Assembly: GCA_963836025.1 (NCBI GenBank)
Contig: CAWIIE010000015.1
Span: 99,676 to 163,675, forward strand
Reading direction: 5' to 3'
Origin: an uncultured Actinomycetota bacterium
Lineage (GTDB): Bacteria; Actinomycetota; Actinomycetes; JBEVHX01
DNA: 64,000 bases
Shown: one piece after another, positions 21,517 through 30,504 of the stretch
Layout of the letters: each line of letters starts with the position of its first letter
How positions within the stretch are numbered: position 1 is the first letter of the stretch
Notes under the pieces: model-generated
The model's database searches: none
What the model was told of the DNA's origin: nothing
The model's input: the letters and a program-made list of their open reading frames with translations, nothing else
Made by a program: the position numbers and the translations under genes

Positions 21517-22324
21517 CGCCGGCGTGGACCGCGACATCCGGATCGTCGACGTCGACGGCCTGCGCATCCGGGTTGCTGCTCGTGGTGACGGCCAATGCCC
21601 CCTACTGCTCATCATGGGCATAGGAGGGTCACTCGACATGTGGGGACCGTTCGAGCGCCCGCTGCGCCGTCGCGGAGTCGCGACGATCTCGTACGACGCG
21701 CCGGGCACCGGCGGGTCGTCGCCGTACCCGTTCCCGAAGCGCGTCCGCGGGCTCACTGCCACCGTCGAGCATCTGCTCGACGCCCTTGGACATGACCAGG
21801 TCGACGTCCTCGGTGTCTCCTTTGGTGGCGGCATCGCGCAACAGCTCGCACATCAGGCACCGCACCGGGTACGCCGGCTCGTGCTAGCGGCCACCGCCCC
21901 CGGCCTTGGTGGGGTGCCCGGGCATCCACGAGCACTGATCGCCCTGGCAACGCCCCGGCGTTACATCGATCCTGCCTACCTCGCCCGGGTTTCCGGGCGG
22001 GTGTACGGCGGACGCGCTCGGCTGGACGCCGGGCTGACCGCCAGCTCCGCCGAGCGGTTCGCCAAACCCCCGTCGGTCAGCGGATATCTGGCGCAGATGT
22101 GGGCGATCCCCGGCTGGTCCAGCCTGCCGTGGCTGCACCGGCTTCCGCATCCGACGCTCGTGCTGGCAGGTGACGACGACCCGATCATCCCGCTGGTCAA
22201 CGGACGCATCCTCGCCGCCCGCATCCCGAACGCACGCCTGCACGTGGTCAAAGGCGGCGGGCACCTGTTCCTGCTGGAGGAGGCCGAGCAGCTCGCGGAC
22301 GTGGTCGCCGACTTCCTGGCGTAG
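21497..22324 (+). CDS. phaZ: Alpha/beta hydrolase, PhaZ-like (second copy)
   Basis: GIGGSLD, GVSFGG, AGDDDPIIP and GGHLF; paralog of the 6031 gene; start uncertain. Confidence 0.78.
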   Translation: MLEPLRSAGVDRDIRIVDVDGLRIRVAARGDGQCPLLLIMGIGGSLDMWGPFERPLRRRGVATISYDAPGTGGSSPYPFPKRVRGLTATVEHLLDALGHDQVDVLGVSFGGGIAQQLAHQAPHRVRRLVLAATAPGLGGVPGHPRALIALATPRRYIDPAYLARVSGRVYGGRARLDAGLTASSAERFAKPPSVSGYLAQMWAIPGWSSLPWLHRLPHPTLVLAGDDDPIIPLVNGRILAARIPNARLHVVKGGGHLFLLEEAEQLADVVADFLA

Positions 22325-22529
22325 GGGAGGGTCGATGCCGGCCGTGCTGTATGAGGCGTCCGGCGCGTCCCCAACGGTGCGTGCGGTACCGGGTCCACCC
22401 CATCGCCGGCAGGTGTCGTCGTCGTCCTGGCGAAGGCCACGGGCCTGTAGTCAACTCCTGACGATGTGCAAGGCGGATGTGCGGATCTCGACACCCTTCG
22501 TCGTGTGCCCACAGGCAGCAGCGAACGTT

Positions 22530-22655
22530 TCAGTAGGCGCGCAGCAGCTTCAGCGCCTGCGCGGCGATGTAGTTGAGGACCATCTCCTGCGACAAGGGCG
22601 TGTCGCGGAGCAGCCGCGCCGCCCGCCCCAGCCGCTCCACGTTGTACTGGGCACG
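22530..22655 (-). pseudogene. C-terminal remnant of an acyl-CoA dehydrogenase
   Basis: QYNVERLGRAARLLRDTPLSQEMVLNYIAAQALKLLRAY* resembles ACAD C-termini. Confidence 0.55.
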
Positions 22656-22762
22656 CCAAGCTCCCTGTTGCGGTCAGACTGCCCTTGTCGTCAGGCGTCG
22701 GCCGACCCAATGGTCAAGCTTCGTCGGATGGCACCTGCGCTGCCTCGCTCGGTCCGGCTGAG

Positions 22763-22951
22763 TCAGTGCCCGCAACCTCGGCACCCGGTTGCCTGATGGG
22801 TATTCAGCAGGCTCTTCACCGTGAACACGCACGAACCGCAGACCCGCCCGGCGTCAGTCGTCCGGCACACCTGCGCGACGGACCGCGCGCCGGCGTGAAA
22901 TGCCCGGGCCACAGACCGGTCGGTCACCGCATTGCACTGACAGATAATCAT
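22763..22951 (-). CDS. Bfd-like [2Fe-2S] binding protein
   Basis: MIICQCNAVTD...AGRVCGSC (CxC...CxxC); GAGGGG RBS. Confidence 0.85.
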   Translation of the reverse strand: MIICQCNAVTDRSVARAFHAGARSVAQVCRTTDAGRVCGSCVFTVKSLLNTHQATGCRGCGH

Positions 22952-23044
22952 GGGAACCCCTCGCAGAATTTCATCGAAGCGCGTCGTCGGGCGGCGGTGC
23001 CTGGCTAGCTACATGCATGGGGGTGGTCGAGTTGCTTCGTTGCG

Positions 23045-24842
23045 TTAGGTCTTGACCAGAGAGTGCGGCACCTCGGTGGTGCGTGCGCGCAGCCATTCGC
23101 CGAGCGCCTTTGCCTGCGCATCTAGTCGCAGCGTCGAGGTGGCGCCGGTCCCGAGCAGTCCCCGGATGACGAAGTTGACCGCGCCGAGATTTGGGAATTC
23201 GTATCGCGAGATCGCCAGGTCCCGTGTTTCGGGAAGAAGGCGGCGGAGTTCCTCGACGGTGAGGGTCGACTTGAGCCAGTCCCAGGCTTGCCGGTCGCGT
23301 ACCCAGACGCCGAGATTCGCGTCGCCGCCCTTGTCGCCGGAGCGGGCGTGCACGATGTCGCCGAGTGAGGCGACGACGAGCTCATCGGCGGTCCACGGCG
23401 GTAGCGGCGATTGGCCAACCGGCTCGGACTGCGGGCCGACCTCGCGTTCGCTGCCGTGTGGGTTGCCCGGTGCGAGGGTCTCGGTCGTGCCGTCATGGTG
23501 GTGGACCGCGTGGTCGAGCACCGCGTGGGCGAGCAGTGCGGGCCAGTAGACACCGAATGCCGACCCTGATTGTGGCGGGCCGAGGGTGTACAACCCGGGG
23601 TAGCTGGACAGGGCCAGCTCGACCATCCGCGAGGAGAAGGCGCGCCCGGCGGCCTGCTGCGTCCCCTGCACTGTGATCTTGAGCAGCTGGGTGCCGGCAT
23701 TCTGGCTGTCGGGATCGGGCTGGGCCTGCCCGATCCGGTCGACCGCGACCGCGTCGAGCCCGTCGACGGCCTCGGCGTAGCGGTGGACGGATCGCTCGAC
23801 GAGGGCGGCCTTTGCGTCGAGGTCGGTGCCGGTGAGCGCGAGGATCAGGCTGTTCTCCCATCCCCCCATCCCCGGTGATCGCGACCTTGGTGGTCGCGGG
23901 GGGCGCCGAGCCTTGCACGCCGCGGATCTGCACGCGGTCGTCGCCCAGGTCGGTGAGCTGGGCGGTGTCCAGGTGGGTGATCACGTCGGGGTTGAGGTAG
24001 GCGGGTTCACCGATCTCGTAGACCAGTTGGGCGGTGACCGTGTCGCGGGTGACGGCGCCGCCGGTGCCGGGGTTCTTGGTGATCACGCAGGAGCCGTCGG
24101 CGGCGATCTCGGCGATCGGGAACCCTGGCTCCATCAGGTCGGGGATGGCACGAAACCCGGAGAAGTTGCCGCCGGTGGCCTGTGGCCCGCATTCGATGAC
24201 GTGTCCGGCGCAGACCGCGCCGGCGAGGGCGTCGTAGTCGCGCGGGGTCCAACTCCACCACCAGGCGGCGGGACCGACGACCAGTGAGGCGTCGGCGACG
24301 CGGCCGGTGATGACGATGTCGGCGCCGTTGTCCAGGGCGCGCGCGATCCCGAACCCGCCCAGGTAGGCGTTCGCGGTTAGTGGCTGATGCGGCCAGGACG
24401 ACAGCGGTTCCCCGCTGGTCAGGTGCGGCAATACATGGCCCGCCTGCTGCAGCGCGTCGAGGCGGCCGAACACGTCGTCGCCTTCGATGTGGGAGACCCG
24501 CAGGTCGTAACCGCGGCGTCCGATCAGCTCGCGGGTCGCGTCGGCCAGCCCGGCGGGGTTGAGCCCGCCGGCGTTGACGACCAGCCGGATCCCGTTCCCG
24601 ACGAGGTGCTCGAGCGCCGCGTCCAGGTGCTGCAGGAAGCTGGTCGCGTAGCCCTTGGTGCTGTCCTTGGCGCGCGCCTTGCCGAGGATGAGCATCGTGA
24701 CCTCGGCCAGGTAGTCACCGGTGAGGACGTCGATGCCGCCGGCCCGGGCCATGTCGGCCATGGCCGCGGCCCGGTCACCGTAGAAGCCGGAGCAGTTCCC
24801 GACGCGGATCGGACGCTGCCCCCGTCCGGCTGCCGTTGTCAT
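23045..24842 (-). CDS. AtuA family (DUF1446) protein (frameshift ~23870)
   Basis: IRVGNCSGFYGDR, DYLAE, GADIVITGRVAD, GHVIECG, HARSGDKG and DAQAKALGE. Confidence 0.92.
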
Positions 24843-25286
24843 GCTGCCGCCCCCGCCGTCGACACGAGACGCCCGGTGGAGTGCTCGCCCGCGATCTTGC
24901 TGACCCATGCCGTGCCCTCGAACCCCACCTCGCCGGAGGGGTTCTCCTCGATGAGCTCGAGGGTCAAGCTGTCGCCATCGACCGCCGTCACGCGGGCGGT
25001 GTAGGTGAGATCGGCCGGCGCGTAGACCGGCCTGCGCAGGCGGTAGGACACCTTCGTGACCTGCCACCTTGGGCCGAGGCCCTCGGTGACGCAGCGCAGG
25101 GCGAGCGCCGCCCGCAGGTGGGAGTGCAGCGCGAGACCGGCGTGGCCCTCCTCGCGGGCATGAGGTCTCGTCGAAGTGGATGCGGTGCGGGTTCCAGGTG
25201 ACCGCGCTGTAGCGGAACAGCTGAAACGCGGTAGCGGTGTGCCGGAGCGGTGGAAGCAGGTCTCCGACCTGAAAGGTGATGGACAT
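24839..25286 (-). CDS. MaoC-like hotdog dehydratase (frameshift ~25160)
   Basis: QLFRYSAVTWNPHRIHFD hydratase motif; C-terminus SYRLRRPVY in a shifted frame. Confidence 0.8.
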
Positions 25287-25831
25287 TACGACTCCTGCGA
25301 GGGGTTGCGCAGCACGACGGTGCGCCGGTTGCGGTTGAGGACGGCGCCGTCGGCGGACGTGAAGGTGTTGAGGGTGGTGACGAAGACGCAGGGGCCGGAG
25401 CGGGTCTGCTTCGGCGTGACGGCCTCGAGGGTCGTCTCGAGCACCAGTTCCGTGCCGGCGGTCACCGGGTTGACCAGCTCCATCTCCTCGCCGGCGCCCA
25501 TCACCCGAAGCCCGAGGTCGCCCCCGAGCGGCGTTTCCCCGTCGTTGGGGGTTCCGTCCGGTGCGAGCTGGGCCTCCGGGGTGCCGATGCCCCATTCCAC
25601 GATCGAGGCGAGCAGGTTCGGTGGCGCCACCACGTCGGCGTGGCCGGCGGCCCGTGCCGCCTCCGGGTCGAAGTGGCTCGGGTCCGTGGCGCCGATCGTC
25701 ATCGCGTAGCGACCGATGGTCACCGCGTCCAGCGTGCCGAGGCTGCGCCGCGCGAGCACGGTCCCGACCCGCGGTCTTGTCTGGGCGAAGTACGTCGCCA
25801 GCGGGGTGCCGGGTTCAGGCGTGAACGACAT
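25286..25831 (-). CDS. MaoC N-terminal-type (FAS1-like) hotdog protein
   Basis: IGRYAMTIGATDPSHFDPEAARAAGHADVVAPP. Confidence 0.85.
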   Translation of the reverse strand: MSFTPEPGTPLATYFAQTRPRVGTVLARRSLGTLDAVTIGRYAMTIGATDPSHFDPEAARAAGHADVVAPPNLLASIVEWGIGTPEAQLAPDGTPNDGETPLGGDLGLRVMGAGEEMELVNPVTAGTELVLETTLEAVTPKQTRSGPCVFVTTLNTFTSADGAVLNRNRRTVVLRNPSQES

Positions 25832-27029
25832 GCTGCGGCTCCCCAGGGGTGCGGTGGATGCCGGCCTGGTCGTCCGCATCGGCGGCTCGACGGAGCTCCG
25901 CGAGGATCTCCTCGGTGGACTGGCCGAGCGCCGGGGCGGCCCGCAGCGGTCCCGCTGGCGAGTCGCCGAGCCGCAGCGGGCAGCCCGGGACTGGCACCCG
26001 TCCCCGGCCCGGGTGCTCGACGTACTGGATCATGCCGCGCTGGATCAGGTGCTCGTCGGTGTCGACCTCACGGATCGACTTGACCGGCGCACAGGGCACA
26101 CCGGCGGCCTGCAGGTCCCGCACCAGCTCGGCGCGCGTGCGGGTGCTGGTGAACGACGACACCTCCTCGTCGACCGCGTCGATGTTGGCGACCCGGTCCT
26201 TCGTCGTGCGGAACCTGGGGTCCTCGATCAGCTCGGGCCGGCCCAGCGCGGCTGCCACGCCGCGCCAGTGCCGCTCGGAGATGCAGATGATCGCCAGCCA
26301 TCCGTCGCTCGCCGGGTAGATGTTGTACGGCGCGATCGCCATGCCCGAGTGCCGGTTCCCGGTGCGTTCGGGGAGCTGCCGCTCGGGGTCGTTGTGCAGG
26401 CCGCCCAGGCTCGACGCCAGCATCGGGTAGATGGTGTCGTGCATCGAGACCTCGACGATCTGCCCCCGTCCCGTGCGCTCGCGCTGGAACAGGGCCGCGC
26501 TGATCGCCGCGAACAGGTGGATGCCGCCGGAGAAGTCGACGAACGCGGCGCCGCCCTTGGTCGGCGGCCCGTCCGGCTCCCCGGTGGCCGCGGCGGCGCC
26601 GGACATCGCCTGCACCGTGATGTCCATGGCGGACATGTGCGCGTAGGGACCCGTGGACCCGTAGCCCTTGCCGGAGGCCACGACCAGGCGCGGGTTGTGC
26701 GCCAGGAGCCGCTCCGGGCTGAGCTGCAGGCGCTCCATGGTGCCCGGCGCGAAGTTCTCGATGAGCACGTCGGCGGTCTCCACCAGGTCGAGCAGCGCCT
26801 GGCGGCCGGCGTCGGTCTTCAGGTCGAGCACCACGCTGCGCTTGTTGGAGTTCAGCATCACGAACTCGTGGGACTCGACCGGGTCGTGCGAGCGGAAGCG
26901 CAGTGGCTCACCGCCCGGCGGCTCGACCTTGATGACGTCGGCGCCGAGCTGTGCGAAGAGCAGCCCGCAATAGGGGCCGTTGTAGATCTGGCCCAGTTCG
27001 AGGACCCGGACGCCGTCGAATGCCGGCAT
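25815..27029 (-). CDS. Family III (CaiB/BaiF) CoA-transferase
   Basis: GVRVLELG, LGADVIKVEPPGG, NKRSVVLDLK, ENFAPG and APALGQST. Confidence 0.93.
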   Translation of the reverse strand: MPAFDGVRVLELGQIYNGPYCGLLFAQLGADVIKVEPPGGEPLRFRSHDPVESHEFVMLNSNKRSVVLDLKTDAGRQALLDLVETADVLIENFAPGTMERLQLSPERLLAHNPRLVVASGKGYGSTGPYAHMSAMDITVQAMSGAAAATGEPDGPPTKGGAAFVDFSGGIHLFAAISAALFQRERTGRGQIVEVSMHDTIYPMLASSLGGLHNDPERQLPERTGNRHSGMAIAPYNIYPASDGWLAIICISERHWRGVAAALGRPELIEDPRFRTTKDRVANIDAVDEEVSSFTSTRTRAELVRDLQAAGVPCAPVKSIREVDTDEHLIQRGMIQYVEHPGRGRVPVPGCPLRLGDSPAGPLRAAPALGQSTEEILAELRRAADADDQAGIHRTPGEPQHVVHA

Positions 27030-27113
27030 GAGTGCTTCACCTCTCCGATCTGTGTGCTGAGAGCGAACTTCCCCCGGCAGGTCTTCCGCCGGGGAACTTC
27101 TCCGACCTTCGGA

Positions 27114-27677
27114 TCAGGCCTTGGTGACGGCGTTGACGCCGTTGGCGCCGCCAAGGATGTAGGGGAGCGGTCCGATGCCCTGCACCGCCGACGCGGTCTG
27201 GACGGCGTACTGAACGGCGACCGCGTCCATGACCGAGTGGAAGGTGCCGTCCTCGTTGAAGCTGACCTGCGCGCCCTCGATCCAGGCCAAGGCAACGGTG
27301 TCCTCGGTGTTGTCCTCCGGGCAGAAGAACGTGTGCGTCGAGCCGCCGGGCTCGTACAGGTAGGAGCCCGCCGTCTGCGGCTGATCCGGGTACTCCCGGT
27401 ACTCCCAGCGGCCCTGGATCGTCCACACCTGAGCCGGACCGGTGTGGTAGTGCAGCGGCAGTTCGCAACCGGGCGCCAGGGTGGCCAGGAAGACCCACTC
27501 GCCGCGCTCGAGGTCCAGGCGCAGCGGCTGGATGTGAATGCCCGGGGCGACCAGGTCCTTGAACATAGGAATCTGGTCGATGTTCACGGTCAGCAGCTCG
27601 CCCTGCGGCAGGGCGATCACGGGCAGCGGGGCGCCGGTGCCGGTGGTGGCCATCCCGGGAGAGAGGGTTGCGGTCAT
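27114..27677 (-). CDS. 2,4'-dihydroxyacetophenone dioxygenase-like cupin
   Basis: LPLHYHTG...GRWEYREYP...GSYLYEPGGSTHT three-His cupin; GAAAGG RBS. Confidence 0.85.
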   Translation of the reverse strand: MTATLSPGMATTGTGAPLPVIALPQGELLTVNIDQIPMFKDLVAPGIHIQPLRLDLERGEWVFLATLAPGCELPLHYHTGPAQVWTIQGRWEYREYPDQPQTAGSYLYEPGGSTHTFFCPEDNTEDTVALAWIEGAQVSFNEDGTFHSVMDAVAVQYAVQTASAVQGIGPLPYILGGANGVNAVTKA

Positions 27678-27803
27678 GGGTCGGTCCTTTCTGAGATAGA
27701 TCCGGGTTTCCGGATACAAAAACGGATTCCCGTACGGTACACGTCGCCAATGCGCCTTGACAAGACCTTTCTGGGTCGTCGAGGAGGTTGTTAGCGTCAG
27801 CGC

Positions 27804-28562
27804 ATGCCAGCGCGCCCGCACCGCACCGTGGACCGGGTGACCGGGATCCTCGAGACCGTGTCCCTGAGCCCGCGCGGCGTGACCTTGGCCGAGCTGGCGG
27901 TCGCCCTGGATGCGGCCAAGACCTCCGTCCAGGAGCTGACCAACGGACTTCTCGCCCGCGGCTATCTCATCGAGGAGGACCACCGGTTCCACCTCGGGCC
28001 GGGGCCGTTCATCCTCGCCGCGCGCGCGAACAAGCTGGCCGCAGTGTCACTTGATCACCGGTTCGTCGCCGAGCTGGCCAAGGTCCTCGGCTGCACCGTC
28101 CTCGTCGGGGTGCGCGTCGGGGACGCCATGATCTTCACCGACCACGTGGGTGAGGAGTCACCCAGCCTGGCGTTCGCCGCACGCACGCACGCCCGTCGCC
28201 CCCTGTACACGAGCGCCGCCGGCAAGATCCTGCTCGCCAACGTCCCCGACGACGAGATGCACCGCCTCCTCGATCTCGCCGGCCCCGACCAGGCAGGTGA
28301 CGTCCGGCAGTTCCTCGCCGAGCTTCCCGAGATCCGGTCCCGCCGACTCGCCTTCAACCGCGGAGTCACGATCGAAGACGCGTTTGTCGTGGCCACCCCT
28401 CTGTTGGCACCCGACGGCGGCCTCATTGCGGCGATCAGTGCAGCCGTCGACCGCGCCGAGGCGGATCGTCTCGACGAACTCGGCGAGGAGCTCAAGGAGG
28501 CAGTTGCCGTCCTCGGCCCGGAGTACGGCCTCAAGGGCGCCGAACGAATTGCCAGCGAGTAG
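27804..28562 (+). CDS. IclR family regulator
   Basis: RTVDRVTGILE HTH and PLYTSAAGKILLA; divergent from the cupin operon. Confidence 0.92.
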   Translation: MPARPHRTVDRVTGILETVSLSPRGVTLAELAVALDAAKTSVQELTNGLLARGYLIEEDHRFHLGPGPFILAARANKLAAVSLDHRFVAELAKVLGCTVLVGVRVGDAMIFTDHVGEESPSLAFAARTHARRPLYTSAAGKILLANVPDDEMHRLLDLAGPDQAGDVRQFLAELPEIRSRRLAFNRGVTIEDAFVVATPLLAPDGGLIAAISAAVDRAEADRLDELGEELKEAVAVLGPEYGLKGAERIASE

Positions 28563-28725
28563 AGCATCGGCCGCGAAACTCCCTGACCAACGGGCGGGCA
28601 GCTACCTGACCGCGGCACTGCAGCGACGTTTGACCCAAGCGAAGGCCGAGAGCCAGGGCACTTCCAGCGACGACGGCCAGGTCGAGGTCGACGTCCTCGA
28701 CCTTGAAGCGGCCGGCGCGGCTCAT
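28560..28725 (-). pseudogene. C-terminal remnant of TetR (paralog 4)
   Basis: AGRFKVEDVDLDLAVVAGSALALG aligns with AGRFDVEDLDVAVTMTAGALIALG of the 5253 gene. Confidence 0.65.
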
Positions 28726-28754
28726 GCCGCTCCTCCAATGCAGTCAGGCAGAAC

Positions 28755-28841
28755 TGACGATTGTCTTCATTGGAGGAGGTGACTGAGGATTCCGTCATCT
28801 GCCTCTTGACGACGATAGCGTCATGGGTGACGATATAGTCA
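28755..28841 (+). promoter_or_regulatory. Promoter with operators, homologous to the phaC promoter
   Basis: TGAGGATTCCGTCA (28784-28797), TTGACG-N17-GACGAT and TGACGATATAGTCA (28828-28841); 44-bp spacing. Confidence 0.85.
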
Positions 28842-28861
28842 TTCATGACGAAGGGACGCAG

Positions 28862-30085
28862 ATGACTGCCCGCGCCCGCAGGGTCGCCGGTCAACGTCGC
28901 AACAGCGCGGCTGGATCGAGATCGCACCCGTGGGCAGCGCTGCGCCACCAGCCAGCCTGGCTGGCCAGAGCAGTCTTCACCTCGACACTCATCGTTATCG
29001 GACTGCTGTTGCTCGTGTACCTGCTGGCCAGTCTGCGAGGACTGTTCATCATCGTTCTGATCAGCTTCTTCCTCAGCTGCGCGCTCGAGGCGCCGGTGAA
29101 CCGGCTGGCACGTCGCGGTTGGCGGCGCTCCAGCGCGACCGCGGCCGTCTTCGCTGCGGCACTAACGGTCGTCGCCACGTTTGTCTGGCTCATGGGACAA
29201 CTCGTCGTCCGGCAGGTGACCTCCCTGATCGACCAGCTCCCGGCGTACTCCCGCGACGTCGCCAACCTCGTCGACGAGAGGTTCAACACACATCTGTCGT
29301 ACGAGGACGTGACGGCTCAGCTGACCGGCCCAAACAGCCTGATTACGCGGTTCGCAGGACAGTTCGCCGGCAATGTCGTCGGCGTGAGCACGTCGGTACT
29401 TGGCCTTCTGTTTCAGACCCTTTCCGTCGCCCTGTTCACCTACTACCTCACGGTTGACGGTCCGAGGCTGCGACACTGGCTCTGCACTTTCATGCCGGCG
29501 AATCGGCAACGGGAGTTCATGCGGCTTTCTGACATCGCGATCGACCGGACCTCCGCATACTTCAACTACCGCATCGTGCTGGCGATGCTGTCGACCATCG
29601 TGCACTCGCTGTTCTTCCAGTCCGTGGGTCTGCCGAGCGCAGTAGCCCTCGGGTTCTGGGTCGGGGTGATCTCGCAGTTCATCCCGACGATCGGCACATA
29701 CGTTGCGGCATTCCTACCGATTCTCGTCGCGTTGACCCAAGACCTCCGCACGACCGTGTTGGTGGTGGCCTTCATCATCGTTTACCAGCAGATCGAGAAC
29801 TACGTGATCTCGCCACGGCTAGGTCGAAGCGCCCTCAAGGTCCATCCCGCGGTCGGGTTCGCTGCGGTCATTGCCGGTACAGCGATCCTTGGCGCCGTCG
29901 GCGCCGTGCTTGCTTTGCCGATGGTCGCCATCATCCAGTCCTTTGCTGGGGCATACGTCCACCGGCATGAAGTCATCCCAGAGATGCGGCAAGAAGCGGA
30001 GATCGCGACTGCTCGACCTGCTCACCACGGATATTCCGCCGTACGGAGGCGCTCCCGACGAGGTCTTCCAGCGCGCGCTGTATGA
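28862..30085 (+). CDS. AI-2E (UPF0118/PerM) family transporter
   Basis: QFIPTIGTY, YQQIENYVISPR and GAVLALP; the 3' end runs into a repeat. Confidence 0.9.
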   Translation: MTARARRVAGQRRNSAAGSRSHPWAALRHQPAWLARAVFTSTLIVIGLLLLVYLLASLRGLFIIVLISFFLSCALEAPVNRLARRGWRRSSATAAVFAAALTVVATFVWLMGQLVVRQVTSLIDQLPAYSRDVANLVDERFNTHLSYEDVTAQLTGPNSLITRFAGQFAGNVVGVSTSVLGLLFQTLSVALFTYYLTVDGPRLRHWLCTFMPANRQREFMRLSDIAIDRTSAYFNYRIVLAMLSTIVHSLFFQSVGLPSAVALGFWVGVISQFIPTIGTYVAAFLPILVALTQDLRTTVLVVAFIIVYQQIENYVISPRLGRSALKVHPAVGFAAVIAGTAILGAVGAVLALPMVAIIQSFAGAYVHRHEVIPEMRQEAEIATARPAHHGYSAVRRRSRRGLPARAV

Positions 30086-30214
30086 CGAGCGGCTTCACCC
30101 GACAGGACTGAGCCTCGCTCGGCGACGCCTCCAATAGTCGCGTCGACTCCCGCATCACGATGAGCCTCGTAAAGTCTCAAAGGCAGCGGTCGGTGGCGCC
30201 TGGGGCCGGGCGCC
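30011..30214 (+). repeat. Diverged copy of 55720-55895
   Basis: 69 of the first 73 nt match 55720 onward; patchy similarity continues to ~30214. Confidence 0.9.
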
Positions 30215-30249
30215 GGAGCGCAAGCGAAACCACCGATCACGGCCCGCCA

Positions 30250-30445
30250 GCACCGCGAAGAGTGCTCCGGTGGCGAGCTCGACCAAGGGGTAACGCGCAC
30301 TGACGCCGGCGCCACAGCCCACGGCAGCGCCGGGGCAGCAGCGGCCCGCTGACCACCGGCACGTTGTCGCGGGGGCGCGGCGTGACCACACGCAGAGCAG
30401 TGCGACGGGCCCGCACGAGGGACACGACGCGCGGCACCGCCCATT
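30250..30445 (-). pseudogene. Prepilin peptidase (A24) N-terminal domain remnant
   Basis: SHCSACGH, PRDNVPVVS..LL..RCR.CGAGVSARYPLVELATGALFAVL spread over three frames. Confidence 0.75.
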
Positions 30446-30504
30446 CGACCGAGTAGCCGTCATGTCGTATCGGCTGCATTGCCGCGACCCGGATCTTGGA
30501 GTTG

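Noticed and set aside
22660-22760. Bacterioferritin gene downstream of bfd
   Set aside because: No ferroxidase motifs could be recovered; the identifiable remnant nearby resembles an acyl-CoA dehydrogenase C-terminus.
25716-27794. 692-aa plus-strand ORF and similar long antisense ORFs
   Set aside because: Shadow frames of real high-GC genes on the opposite strand.
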